Source of the DNA: Heterodontus francisci
Taxonomy: Eukaryota
NCBI RefSeq assembly: GCF_036365525.1
Contig: NC_090380.1
Location: forward strand, 82,345,658-82,409,657
DNA: 64,000 nucleotides
Direction: 5' to 3'
The translations under genes and the position numbers were made by a program. Every line of letters starts with the position of its first letter. Position 1 is the first letter of the stretch. The notes under the pieces were generated by a model that worked only from the letters and a program-made list of their open reading frames with translations, had not been told where the DNA came from and ran no database searches. Of this stretch, positions 13,356-26,734 are shown piece by piece.

Positions 13356-14110
13356 GGGCTGAATTTTGCCAGCCCATTGGAGACTGACAGGGAGAGGAGA
13401 GGACTGGCAATATGAATGGGGAAGGTGTCGGGAAGGGAACCCGATGTCTTCCTGTGGCCATGGCATATTGCCAGCGGCAGAAACCCTAGCGAAGCAGCTG
13501 CCCACTGCCGGGTGGGGGGGGGGGGGTGCAATTGAGTCACTTAATGGCCCAATTAAGGGTCATTCCCCTCTCCCCCCGTGGTATTTTGCCCACTTTGGAA
13601 GGTCCCACCGCCGGGTGGGAGGACCACCAGGTAAACCCTGGCAGCCTCCTTGCATGTTCCCAGGGATCACTCCTTAATGGACGCTCAGAGGGGGCCCCCT
13701 AAAAACAATGTTCACCACCATGCTGAAGGCCCTGCTGCCATAATAACCACCAACCCCCGCCCCCGAACACCGGGCCTGCCTTACTGGCCCTGGCTTCCCC
13801 AAAGACACTTATGTAGCATCGAGGGCGCCTTGCCATTGAGCCGCCCTCATCCTGGAGCTGCAGCCTCAGCACTGGTCACCGCAACAGGTGACACTGTTGA
13901 GTCTGCTGATCTGCTGGCTCTCTGATTGGGCTGGCAGCTCTTGGGGGGTGGGCCACCATTCTCAATTGGATGGCAGCCCCGGCAGTGGCCTGCTAATTGG
14001 CCACTGGTGGCAAAATGTCACCCCAGGATCCCACTGCCTGCTGGAGTGGGATTGCCACCCACTTTCAGTCCCCATGGCCTGACTTCAAGGTCCCCCAAAA
14101 AATTCGGCCC
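13356..14110. mobile_element. PIF/Harbinger MITE
   Basis: TIR GGGCTGAATTTT / AAAATTCGGCCC, flanks GTT/ATT, GC-rich non-coding body. Confidence 0.85.
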
Positions 14111-14170
14111 ATTGCTTCAGCACTCCAATGTCTGCTCTATCACATCTGTAACAGCAATACCTTCATTGTA

Positions 14171-14310
14171 CTTGTCAGTTCCGAAGAAGGGTCACTGACC
14201 CGAAACGTTAACTCTGCTTCTCTTTCCACAGATGCTGCCAGACCTGCTGAGTGAATCCAGCATTTCTTGTTTTTGTTTCAGATTTCCAGCATCCGCAGTA
14301 TTTTGCTTTT
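14171..14310 (+). mobile_element. 140-bp Penelope-derived insertion with hammerhead motif and 14-bp TSD
   Basis: TSD ATACCTTCATTGTA at 14157-14170 and 14311-14324. Hammerhead-like motif at 14177-14213 (core variant CCGAAGA). Confidence 0.92.
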
Positions 14311-14329
14311 ATACCTTCATTGTATGTGG

Positions 14330-14995
14330 GCTGCACATCAGAGTCATAAGCAGATAGCCCTTATCGCTTAATGCAAAAATAAACAGAGGCCACAGAGAGC
14401 ATGACAAACTGCCAGAAGAGGGAGAAGGAAGAGGGGGAAAAGGGCTTTCAGCAGGAGGCCATTCTCCTTCCTGAACCTCTGTGAGGAACAATGTATGCAA
14501 AGTCTACGCTTTAGTAAGAAGGTCCTCACTGACATCTGCCATCTGCTACAACCATCGCTACAACTTCAGAGCAGGGCATGGACCACCTTGCCAGTTGCTA
14601 TGAAGGTTACCGTGGTGATTAATTTTTATGTGTCTGTCTCCTTCCAGGCTGAAGCTGGAGAAATTTGTAAAATCTCACAGTCTTGGTTTGTCATGGTGGC
14701 TCTAATGCAGTTGGAACAGCAGACTGCTGCAGAATTAAGACATCATGACAACTGCCAGGATATCAGTTTTGACCTGCATGATTCGCTGCCTACAGTTGCA
14801 TGCCAGCTTGACGTTGAAGGAGTGGAATCCCTTCAAATGAAGTATAGGGCGGAGTTGGCATGCCATGCTCGCAAAACAATATGTGTGCAGTCAATGGCAC
14901 CCTGCACCATGAGAATCCTAGGGAAGTCACATGCTTGTTCTGCCTGCTTGACTCTGGCAAGGGTGAAAGAAATGTATTTAGCTCTCTTTGAATAG
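14330..14995. pseudogene. Two HARBI1-like transposase fragments in opposite orientations
   Basis: Plus strand: LRFSKKVLTDICHLLQPSLQLQSRAWTTLPVAMKVTVVINFYVSVSFQ. Minus strand (14830-14990): FPRILMVQGAIDCTHIVLRA, the first catalytic Asp motif of DDE_Tnp_4. Confidence 0.8.
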
Positions 14996-15034
14996 AGAGC
15001 CTCAGTGACCACCCTTACATAACAGTGGATGGTA

Positions 15035-15260
15035 GACTGTTCCCGTGCATCTGCTGTCCTTGTTCTTATACATGGTACAGGTCGCGAGTTTGGAAGATGC
15101 TGTCTAAGGAGCCTTGGTGAGTTGCTGCAGTGCATCTTGTAGATGGTAAACACTGCTGCCACTGCGCACTGGTGGTAGAGGGAATGAATGTTTAAGGTGG
15201 TGGATGTGATGCCAATCAAGCTGGCTGCTTTGCCCTGGATGGTTTCAAACCTCTCAGCTG
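15035..15260 (-). mobile_element. L2/Crack-type LINE 3' fragment
   Basis: LNIHSLYHQCAVAAVFTIYKMHCSNSPRLLRQHLPN. Same family as 50200-50476. Confidence 0.8.
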
Positions 15261-15328
15261 TCTGTGGAGAGAGAAGCAGAGTTATCGTTTCAGGTCAGTG
15301 ATCTTTCATCAGAACCTCTAGACATATT

Positions 15329-16030
15329 GGACTTAATTTTATTCTCCCGCCACTTGAAGCGGTGGCAGGCAAAAAAGTGGCGGCCCCCATGTGCGGGCCA
15401 CCATGCTGTCATGATCTACTGCACAGTGGCTCAAGATAATACGGCATTCGGGCCGCCCCTCGTCCCCCCCACCCAATGACGTGGTGGGGACAGGCTCTGC
15501 AATGCCGGCAACAGTGTCAACTGGCTGTGCGCAGGCACTGGCACCATTTTGAAAGGACAGCCAGACCTGCCGCTAAATTTAAATATTTCAAACCATACCC
15601 CCCCAATAACACTTACGTATATTAGTTGCCCTCTCCTACCCCCAAAAGACTTACATGCAAGAGTTGACATTCCCCTCCCACCCACAAACTGTTCAAAGTT
15701 CAGAGGTCACCCCTTTGCCCCCTCCCCTGCACTATTAATGTGTATTTGACCCCATACCCTCCCCCCACCAACTACACAGAAAATTCTAAGTACCACCCCG
15801 CCTTCTCCACCTTGGTGGCGCCAGTTTCCCTGGGCGGGAAAGTAAAGGCGCATGAGTCCCAGCCGCCACTCGGAAGATCCCGTGTAGCAGGTAAGATCGC
15901 TGACAATTTTATTTAAATGTATTCATTTTCTTAATTTATATATTCAAAGTTGGGTCCCATTACCCGGCGGTGGGGTGCTGCCACGGAGCCTTGCTGCTGC
16001 CGAGAAGATCGGGCCCAGCACTCCTGGCGT
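15329..16030. mobile_element. PIF/Harbinger MITE, right end not resolved
   Basis: Left end GGACTTAATTTTATTC. Body shares blocks with 25844-26388, 26735-27534 and the ends of 42107-46053 (GGCACCATTTT..AAAGG, GCAGGTAAG). Confidence 0.65.
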
Positions 16031-16054
16031 GGGGCTCTGTGGCAGGCTGCTTCT

Positions 16055-16392
16055 CTACCATCTTCCAACCAACCCTCACCACCGATCCTGTGTTGGGACC
16101 TCAATAAAATCAAGCTCAACTTTTGTTTCTTTACTTGTCCCATTATCACTCTCTTTGGCCCTGCACCACCAACTCTTTTGTTATTTTACCTCTCCTGTCT
16201 TCCACCCTATCACAGACCTTCCCTTTTGTTCTTTTTCCCACCCTCCCCTCTTTCACGTGCTTAAAATCTATTATATCTTTAACTTTTTCCCAGTTCTGGT
16301 GAAAGGTCATCGACCTAAAAAGTTAACTCTGTTTCTCTTTCCATGGATGCCACTGACCTGCTGAGTAGTTCCAACATTTTCTGTTTTCATTC
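16055..16392 (+). mobile_element. Older Penelope pseudo-LTR remnant
   Basis: Similar to 36330-36595. Degenerate hammerhead CAGTTCTGGTGAAAGGTCATCGACCTAAAAAGTTAACT. Confidence 0.7.
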
Positions 16393-16751
16393 CAGAAGAG
16401 CTTGTTGCTTTTCTTTTGAATAGCTCCAAGTCATGTTCTAAGTCCACCTGAGATGGGCTCTTGGTTTAACATCTCATCCAAAGGACAGCACTTCCAACGA
16501 TGCAGCACTCCCTCAGTAGTGCCATGGAATGTCAACATTCATGAGGCTGAAACTGACCCCTGACTTTATCACAACGAGATCTCTTACCTGTTTGATGATC
16601 ATAAGTTTTTTGCTTATTTTTTGCTCTGCAGACAGCATTACAACCCTCACAGAGAATAGCATTTATAATGATGAAATGTTGATTTTCAGTTCTCAGTGTC
16701 ATTGCACGCCTTCTAATTTTTCATTGCATTTGAACTGATTTCCATTACACA

Positions 16752-19700
16752 TCACTGAATCACAGAATTGTTACAGCACAGAAGGAGGCTATTTGGGCCA
16801 TTGTGTCCGCACCGGCTCTCCAAATGAGCATTTCACCGAGTGCCACTCCCCCGCCTTCTCCCCATAACTCTGCACATTCTTCCTTTTCATATAATTGTCT
16901 AATTCTCTTTTGAATGCCTCAATTGAACCTGCCACCACTACACTCTCAGGCAGTGCATTCTAGATCTTAACCACACGCTGCGTGAAAAAGCTTTTCCTCA
17001 TGTCGCTTTTGCTTCTTTTACCAATTACTTTAAAACTGTGCCCTCTTGTTCTCGATCCTATCTACTCTGTCCAGATGCCTCATGATTTTGAATACCTCCA
17101 TCAAATCACCTCTCAGCCTTCTCTTCTCCAAAGAAAACAGTCCCAACTTCTCCAATCTATCTGCATAACTGAAGTACCTTATCCCTGGAATCATTCTCGT
17201 GAATCTTTTCTGCACCCTCTCTAATGTTTTCACATCCTTCCGAAAGCACGAAACCCAGAACTGGACACAATACTCCAGCTGAGGCCAAACTAGTGTCTTA
17301 TACATGTTCAACACAACCTCCTTGCTCTTGTACTCTATGCCCCTATTAATAAAGCCCAGGATACTGTATGCTTTATTCGTCACTCTCTCAACCTGTCCTG
17401 CCACTTTCAGTGACTTATGCACATATATACCCAGGTCCCTCTGCTCCCTTTAGAAATGTACCCTTTATTTTATATTGTCTATCCATGTTCTTCCTACCAA
17501 AATGTATCACTTCAAATTTCTCTGCATTGAACATCAACTGCCACTTGTCTGCCCATTCCACCAACTTGTTTATGTCCTTTTGACGTTCTACACTATCCTC
17601 CTCACAGTTCACAATGCTTCCAAGTTTTGTATCATCTGCAAAGTTTGAAATTGTGCCCTGTACACCAAGGTCTAGGTCATTAATATATGTCAGGAAAAGC
17701 AAGGGTCCCAACACTGATCCCTGGGGAACTCCATTACAAATCCTCCTCCAGCCCGAAAAAGATCCATTAACCACTACTCTTTGTTTCCTGTCACTCAGCC
17801 AATTTCATATCCATGCTGCTACTGTCCCATTTATTCCACAAGCTATAACTTTGCTCACAAATCTGTTGTGCAGCACTGTATCAAATGCCATTTGGAAGTC
17901 CATGTCCATCACATCAACTGCATTGCCCTCATCAACCCTCTCTGTAACCTCTTCAAAAAACTCCAGCAAGGTAGTTAAACATGAATTTCCCTTAAGAAAT
18001 CTATGCTGGCTTTCTTTAATTAACCCACATTTCTCCATATGACTATTAATTTTGTCCTGAATTATTCTTTCTAGAATTTTCCCACCACCGAAGTTAAACT
18101 GACTGGCCTATAGTTGTGGGCTTATCTTTACACACTTTTTTGAACAAGGGTGTAACGTTTGCAATTCTCCAGACAGCTAGCACCACCACCGTGTCTAAGG
18201 AAAACTGAAAAATTACGGCCAGTGCCTCCTCAATTTCCATTCTCACTTCCCTCAGTATCCTTAGATGCATCTCATCCAGTCCTGGTGCCTTATTCACTTT
18301 AGGTACAGACAGTCTATCCAATACCTCCTCCTTACCAATCTTAAACTCTCCTCTTTACCTCCTCTTTCATCATTGCCTGGGTTGCATCTTCTTCCTTAGT
18401 AAAGACAGAGAACAAAGTATTCATTTAATACCTCAGCTACGCCCTCTGCCTCCATGCACAAATCCCCTTTTTGGTCCCTAATCAGCCCCACTCCTCCTTT
18501 TAGCACCCTTTTAATATTTATATGTCCATAGAAAACTTTGGGATTCCCTTTTATGTTAACTGCCAGTCATTTTTCATACTTTCTCTTTGCTTCTCTCATT
18601 TGCCTTTTCACTTCCCCTCTGAACCTTCTATATTCAGTCTGGTTCTCTATAGGTTTTCTGTCTGGCATCTGTTGTAAGCACACTTTTTCTTCTTTATCTT
18701 AACCTCTATTCTGTCATCCGGGGAGCTCTGGATTTGTTTACCCTAATTTTCCCCTACGAGGGAACATACCATGACTGTGCCCGAACTACTTCTTCTTTGA
18801 AGGTAGCCCATTGTTCAGCTACAATTTTTCCTGCCAAGCTTTGACTCTAATTTATTCGTCCCAGATCTGTTCTTACCCCATTGAAGTCGGCTTTCCCCCA
18901 GTTAATTAATCTTACTCTGGATCGTTCTTTGTCCTTTTCCACAGTCAGCCTAAACCTTATGATACAATGATCAGAGTCCCCTAAATGTTCTCCTACTGAC
19001 ACTTAATCCACCTGGCCCACCTCATTCCCAAGAACCAGTTCTAGCAGTGCCTCCTTTCTCATTGGATTCGAAACATACTACCGTAGAAAATTTTCCTGAA
19101 CACATCTAGGAACTCTTGCCCCTCACTGCCCTTTACACTACTACTATCCCAGTCTATGTTTGGATAATTCAAGTCCCCCATTATAATTTTTGCACCTCTC
19201 TGTAATTTCATTGCAAATTTGTTCCTCTACATCCTTCCCACGAGCTGGTCGCCTATAGACAACACCATTTTTGTTCCTTAGCTCTAGCCAAATAGATTCT
19301 GTCCTCGACCCCTCTGGGACATCCTCTTTCTCCAGCACTGCAATGCTCTCCTTAATCAATACTGCCACCCCTCCCCCTTTTTTCCCTTTCCTGAATACCT
19401 TGTATCCAGGAATATTTAACACCCAGTCCTGCCCTTCTTTGAGCCAGGTCTCCGATATAGGCACAACATCATATTTCCACATGTCAGTCTGCACCTGTTA
19501 CTCATCAGTCTAATTGGCAACACTCCGTGCATGCGAGTACATGCACATTAATCCTGATTTAGACTTTATTACTTTCTCCCTTACTCTGACCCCACCTAAT
19601 AACTTACTATTCCCTACTCTAGTGCTATCTATCTCTCCCAGTATTCTGCGCACCTTGGTATTCCTGTCTGATATTCTCTACTGGTTCCCATACCCCTGCC

Positions 19701-20960
19701 AAGTTAGTTTAAACCCTTCCCAATTCTTTCTTTCTTTTTCTTTTGGGCCTCCTTATCTCGAGAGACAATGGATACGCGCCTGGAGGTGGTCAGTGGTTTG
19801 TGAAGCAGCGCCTGGAGTGGCTATAAAGGCCAATTCTGGAGTGACAGGCTCTTCCACAGGTGCTGCAGAGAAATTTGTTTGTTGGGGCTGTTGCACAGTT
19901 GGCTCTCCCCTTGCGCCTCTGTCTTTTTTCCTGCCAACTACTAAGTCTCTTCGACTCGCCACAATTTAGCCCTGTCTTTATGGCTGCCCGCCAGCTCTGG
20001 CGAATGCTGGCACCCCACAAGGAGATTTGTCCCAACTCTGTTCAGGTGCAACCCGCCCGGCCTGTACAGGTCCCACCTTCTCCAGGACTGGTTTCAGTGT
20101 CCCAGCAATCTAAAGCCCTCCCTCCTGCATCAGCTTTCCAGCCACGTATTCATCTGCACTATCCTCCTATTTCTATACTCACTTGCGCGTGGTACTGGGA
20201 GTAATCCGGAGATTACTACTTTTGAAGTCTTGCTTGCTAATCTCTTACCTAGCTCACTAAACTCTTTCTGCAGGACCACATCCCTCTTCCTATCTATGTC
20301 ATTGACACCAATGTGGACCATGACTGCTGGTTGTTCACCCTCCTCCCTCAGGGTGCTTTGCAGCCGTTCAATGACATCTTTGACCTTGGCACCAGGGAGG
20401 CAACACACCATCCTGAATTCACATCTGTGGCCACAGAAATGTCTATCTGTTCCCCTGACTATTGAATTTCCTTTCACTATTGCTCTTCCCGTCTTCCTTG
20501 TACTCTCCTGTAGAGCAGAGCCACTAGTGGTGCCATGGCCTTGGCTCTGGCTGCACTCCCCAGATGAACCATCACTTTCCTCAGTAGTCAGAACTGAATA
20601 CCTGTTGGAGAGTAAGATGCATTCAGGGATCTCCTCCACTACCTGTCTGTTTCTTCTTGACTGTCTGACGGTCACCCATTCCCTTTCTTCCTGCCTACTC
20701 TCAACTGGCATCACTTCCTGCATATATGGTTATCCAAGATACAAGAAGTATCCTGGAGTTCCCACATAGCACAGGGTGTGCACTCCAGAGGTTAGAGCAG
20801 CACTGTCATTCCATTATCTGTTAATTAATAACCTTGCTACTGCTAATAAACCTTACTATTGCTAATATACCTTTAACAATACTAATAAACCTTACTACTA
20901 TTAATAAACCTTACTAATGCTAATAAACCTTATTCATACTGATAAACCCGACTAATACTT
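16752..20960 (-). mobile_element. Near full-length degenerate CR1 LINE (ORF1 SGNH esterase, ORF2 endonuclease + RT)
   Basis: ORF1 20130-20723 IVKGNSIVRG...CCLPGAKVKDV...VHIGVND. Endonuclease 19144-19494 YDVVPISETW. RT 17415-18321 GVPQGSVLGPLLFLTYINDL...FADDTKL. Multiple frameshifts, interrupted by an RTE. Confidence 0.93.
19724..20012 (-). mobile_element. RTE-clade LINE 3' end inserted in CR1
   Basis: FLCSTCGRACHSRIGLYSHSRRC C2H2-like terminus and A-rich tail. Nearly identical to 47350-47640. Confidence 0.9.
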
Positions 20961-22594
20961 AATACTTAATTTTGTGGAAAGATTCTGAATTGGGTTCTAA
21001 CATGATTGCAGCAGATTGTGGAGGTACATCAGTTTTCATGTTCTGTATTATCCTTTTCCAAATTTGAATTGATTTTGATAAACACGCCTTTGACAGGAGT
21101 GCATGACAATCTTGCAAATGATGCCTCTTAGATATAACTAAATATAATGAGATAAACAGCTCCTGCTAAAATACGATATATTCAACAGTCATGTACAGAA
21201 ATCTTACAAAATGAATAAGATGAATAAAATAAATTAATTTTAAATGGTTTAACACTTCTGTTAAAATATCGGACAGAAATAAAATCATCCATTGATATAA
21301 TTAACTCTAACTTCCCATCTCATATCTTAGCTGTTTGAAATCTATGCATATTCTGCTTTGTGCACAAATCTCATTAACAATATCAAGTATATTATTTTAG
21401 AAACTCCAACATCTGACTCCAAAATCTTGATTTTTGACATAGATCTCTATGATTTTAGCTCTACATTTATGCATCTACCTAATGACTTGAGCATTAAAGT
21501 TTACTTAAAGTTTACTTTAAAATTTCTGCAAATTATATCAACAGTCTCACCTGTGGAATAGGAACTTAAGAATTGTGTAAAATGAATGTAGAGTACTGCA
21601 CTGGATCCATTGCAACCATTTCATTGCTAATTGTTTGATTTTCTTGCCATATGTTGTTTATCAGTTATAACTTATGTGTTGATTAGAGATATCTTCATTG
21701 CAGTATTGTAAGAGCACTTCAGACCAAGTTAAGAAATAATATGATTCAGCAGCTTTTTTAATCTATTTGGAGTAAGCTAAATATAACATTTGTCGGGCTG
21801 CCATCTGCTCAATAGTACTTTGCACGAGCTTTCATCAACACTGGTATCTTCATTATGCTGAAATATGTAAATTCAGAACTGTTCTGCAGTTCTTTAAAGT
21901 TTAACAGTTCCAGTGATTCACAGGATATTAGCTTGTGATAGATAGGTTATTTTGTGTTTACACTTTTGAACATTTGTATTAATTATTTTCCCATGAACCT
22001 AATAGTGCATCAATTCAAGACACTATAGATGACTAATATCTTACAAATATATTGTAACAGAATCACAGAACCTTATAATTCATTATGCGTTAAGGTACAA
22101 AGTAATGCATGAGTAACAAAAGCAAATAGATACCGTCAAATGTACCAAATCAAGCATTTGTACAGGATTTCAGAAAGATTTCATGACAAATGTACCTGCA
22201 TGCAATGTAAAGAAAGAAACAGCTTGCCTCCATATAGTACATTACATTACTATTATTTTGACTACTATTTTTAACTTTCTTCAAAATAAGCCTCTGGTTG
22301 GCTTTCTGGGACGTGGGCTTGAATTTATCCCAAACTAACGAGATACATACTCTCTCTACTGGCTGTCGTGATCCTATGCTCCTGTGAAGTGCCTTGGGAC
22401 ATCATAATACACTAAAGGAGTTAGATAAATATATGTTGTTGTTGTATATAAAATGAATTTGTAGCCATCTTTATGTACTTTCTTATAGGTGAGAAACTGC
22501 AGTACCAAACCGCCCATAATTTGGCACAAATTGGCAAGCAGAAAGTTAGAAACTTTGAACATAACTTTATAGGAATTCTTACACAGATGTAATT

Positions 22595-22731
22595 CCCAGT
22601 TCCGAAGAAGGGTCACTGGCCCGAAACGTTAACTCTGCTTCTCTTTCCACAGATGCCGCCAGACCTGCTAAGTGATTCCAGCATTTCTTGTTTTTGTTTC
22701 AGATTTCCAGCATCCGCAGTATTTTGCTTTT
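22595..22731 (+). mobile_element. 137-bp Penelope-derived insertion with hammerhead motif and 8-bp TSD
   Basis: TSD ATGTAATT at 22587-22594 and 22732-22739. Near-identical to 14171-14310. Confidence 0.9.
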
Positions 22732-25154
22732 ATGTAATTTACAGCTCATTATTACAGCATAAATAAATATGGAATGTAGAAAGAACATTTGTTTTCTACT
22801 CCTTCCATTGACCATGTACATTCTATTCTACCATGGACCCTACCCAACCACTTTACCTTCCAGAAGGTTCGGTGCAGACATTTACTGATTACCAAAGATA
22901 ATCATTCCCACCATGATATATCAGAAATCTGCCCTATTTAATGTGGCAGGTCTTCATATTTTCAAGTATAAAAGCTTTGGAGGTATATATGGTGTTTAGG
23001 CAGCTTCAGTTTATTTACTGCAGCAAAATACACATTTATCCCGGTTGAAATGCAGCCACAGTACCCCGACAAAGGAACAGATGCAATATTCTGATATTCT
23101 GCAGCGAAGCTCTCCCTTGAAGCTGTGGGGATAGTCTGCTTGCTTTCTTCTGAAAATAATCAATGAAGGTTTAGGTCCAAATGGATTTATATCTGACAGC
23201 TAGTATGAGGTCTGGAAACCATCAATTTAATTCAATAGCTTTGTTCAACTGTCTATAATCTATCTGTCAATCACCCTTGGACTTCTGAGATCACATGGAC
23301 AGCAGAATTATAACTGTGTTATAGATCCTGGTCCAAGTTCAGTGTTATTCTAACTTCTTGCTGCTAGTTAATTTTTGCTTTTAATAAACTTGAACAGATT
23401 ACAGGCTAAGGTTTGTCACAGTTATTATTCTTTCATTGCCCAAGGACCAGGCGACAAGAGACATCTTGTAATATTTTACCCATGAACCCTGGTATGTTGT
23501 GGCTATGGAACAGCTGGACACATTTACACTGGTAGATTGTAACTAGATTGCACTAATCAGATTCCTATTCACCATACCAAGTTACAGACTTCCTTATTTC
23601 CTTGAAAGCAGTGTGTGCAATACTATTGTATGGAATTATCAAATATTTCTCTGGCAGCACAACATGTGCCGGAGGATAATAACTTCATCTGCTTCATCTA
23701 TATGGTTTTGTCCAACTATCGTACTTTCAGTTAACAGATCTCAGTCATTTTCATGCTCTTGGTTTGTTTTCTTGTATAACAGTAAGTGTGAATGAGCCAA
23801 AATTTCCCACAGCTCAGCATTGCTAGTATCAGATGTTATCTTGTTTAGGTTTTATCTGCACCTACAGGTCTCTGGTTCTGACTCCATCAGTCTCCCTGCC
23901 TGTTCCTTCAGGCTCAATCTAATGATGTACTCCCGGTTTGATGCTGAGCTGAGGTTCAAACCTCCAATCCTCCCCTCTCCAGTCATGGAATAGAATCATA
24001 GAATGGTTACAATACAGAAGGAGGCCATTTGGTCCATTGAGCTCATGCCAGCTCTCTGCAGGAGCAATTTTAGACCTACAATTTCTTTCCCTTCACGTGC
24101 TTACCCAATTCGCTATTGAAAGCCACGATTGCACCACCAACCTTTCAGTGATTGAAAAAAAAATGAAAATTTCCAATGAATACAAATGCAAGTTTCCTCT
24201 AAAATAATTGAAAACCTTAAATGCTGGAATCAATCATCCTTGTTGCTTTTCTCTGAAGCGTTGTCAAATGCACCCTAATTTTGAAGATACAGTATTGTTC
24301 ACTAAATTGCAAACAACGGGCTAGAATTTATGATCATCCATTGTCTATGGTCAGAAAACCTGGCTTACTGTTCCAAATGTGGCCTCCCAGTGACCAGCAA
24401 AAAGTGGAAATGACTCATTTCATTGGAGAAGATGTTTACTTTGAATCTGGCACAGGCTACAGCCAAGACTTGCTGCTCACGCTCATGCCAACATATTAAT
24501 ATCTCTCAGATAGATGGGCACAAAATTCAATGAGAATATAAATCCAATACATATTACTTACACTTTTAAATTCCAGTGCCAGTTGTTTTATCTGCACCCA
24601 AGAAGAAAAAGACACAGGAAACAACTGGTTGACCGTTAATTCAATACAGCTTTTCTGCGAACTCCAGGAATCGCTCTAAAGTCTTGATGTTGAAGGTAGT
24701 TTACATGTAGCAGAAATGCACAAGATGTGTTGGGCTCAAATTTTCCTTTAAAACTGCATTTGATAGGGGCTGCAGTGAAACTAGAGCAACGGTGATGTAA
24801 TATTATTTTGTTTACTTCCTTCCTCCTCCAGCATTGCACTAAAAGCTTCATACACATAGCTCACAGATTAGGATTGTTCCAAAAGTGCTATTTATCTGTT
24901 CTCTTTATCTTGAACAGCTCAATGTACAGTGAACATTCATTTTAAAGCTGCAAAAAACATCACAAAGGTGCAGATACTACAAAATAGCACATACATTAGC
25001 TGCAAGCTGATCATTTATTCCATTTATACCTAAGCGCTTTACTCCCTTTACTTGTTTAGATATGTGTTTCCTGCATATAATCTCAGATAACTGCAATTTA
25101 ATACCAAGTCCCAGTTTTTTGCATTCTACAGGAAGTGAGAGATCAGTGGGGTAA

Positions 25155-25545
25155 CATTTTTTTTTGTATTCTTTCACGGGATGTGGGTATTTCTGGCAAG
25201 GCCAGTGTTTGTTGCCCATCTCTAATTGCCCTTGACAACTGAGTGGCTTGCTAGGCCATTTCTGAGGGCAGTTAAGAGTCAACCACATTGCTGTGGGTCT
25301 GGAGTCACATGTAGGCCAGACCAGGTAAGGATGGCAGATTTCCTTCCCTAAAGGAAGGACATTAGTGAACCAGATGGGTTTTTAATGACAATGGTTTCAT
25401 GGTCACTGCTAGACTCGCTTTTAATTCCAAATTTATTTGAAATCAAATTCTACCATCTGCCGTGGTGGGATTTGAACAGAACATTGGCCTGGGGCTCTGG
25501 GTTACTAGTCTAGTAACATTACGACTCGTCACCGCCTCCCCCTAT
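25155..25545 (-). mobile_element. tRNA-headed SINE sharing its 3' tail with the L2/Crack-type LINE
   Basis: B-box-like GTTCAAATCCC on minus (about 25467-25477). Tail TTCACGGGATGTGGG...TTGCCCATC.CTAATTGCCC matches the LINE end at 49958-50030. Other copies at 49068-49450 and 58980-59640. Confidence 0.75.
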
Positions 25546-25843
25546 TGCTGCAAACATCAAGCAATATCTAAAACCTCCACTAAATTCTGATTTTAAAGGG
25601 CTAGAGTTGTGTGTTGGCATATAGTTTTAACAGTTGTGACTGTGGGGGAACACTTACACAGGACCAGATGTCGAACTTGAATTTTACTGTTCTTATTTCA
25701 GGTATTGAACCAGGCTCAGCAGATATTGTCAGAGTATGTATTTCACTTATTTAATGCTACTTTTCAGACCATGGCTACTTCATTTTTGTTAATTGCTAAA
25801 AAGTCACCAGCAGGCTTGATTAGTAGTGCAATAATGTCAATAT

Positions 25844-26388
25844 GGGCTGGATTTTACCAGCCCCTTGACGCCATGGGTCATGGTGGGGAGGCCCATAAAA
25901 TGCTAGTGGGAGCGGCCCGCAATGAGCCACGATGCCAAGAATGCCCTACCGGATATTAGCGGTGGCAGTGAGACCTCGGTGCGGCACCCCTGCCGCCAAG
26001 TGGCAGGGCCTTCATTAAAATAAGCAAATGAGGATAATAAGCATGCAAATGAACTTATGGGGGGGAGCTGGGAGAGGGGATTCAAAGTTAAATTAAACTT
26101 TTATTGAAGTATTTATCAAACCGGCACCTTTAAATATTTAAAACTCTCATGAAGGGCTTGAAGCCCTTTAAAAATGGCGTTGGCACCTGCGCAGTGGCGC
26201 CAGATGCTGTTGCCGGGGATGCAGCCATCACTCCCGCTACGTCATCGGGGGCGGCCGCTCTGCCCCCTCCATTTAAATGAGCCCCGCCGTAATTTTGTGG
26301 ATGCTCTGCGGCGGTCGCACAGTGTGGGCAGGCCACGGAATTCAAAGCACACCACCGTGATGTGCGGCGCGCTAATAAAATTCAGCCC
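25844..26388. mobile_element. PIF/Harbinger MITE
   Basis: TIR GGGCTGGATTTTA / TAAAATTCAGCCC, flanks TAT/AAT. Confidence 0.88.
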
Positions 26389-26734
26389 AATGTATCTAAT
26401 CACATCTTTGTACACTCCTAAACAGATAAATTACATTGCAATGCAATGGAGTAGATGAGTTTTCCTTTACTAACACAGTTATACAGTGAGCTGAAATAAT
26501 AATTGCCGTGAAATAACATATTTAGATCAGCTAAAGTGGGTATTAAGAGCTTTTTATAGCTGTTTTGAGTCAAAAGAAAACGATTTTCATTGGTATCTGA
26601 AAAAGGATAATGTAATGTTTCACTCATTGAGCATTTCACGCTATCATCCAACTAAACTCTTTCGTGTTTTGCATTTCTGTTCCACAGAATTAAATTCTAC
26701 ACAAAAGTTTTAATTCCACACATTGAGCAATAAT

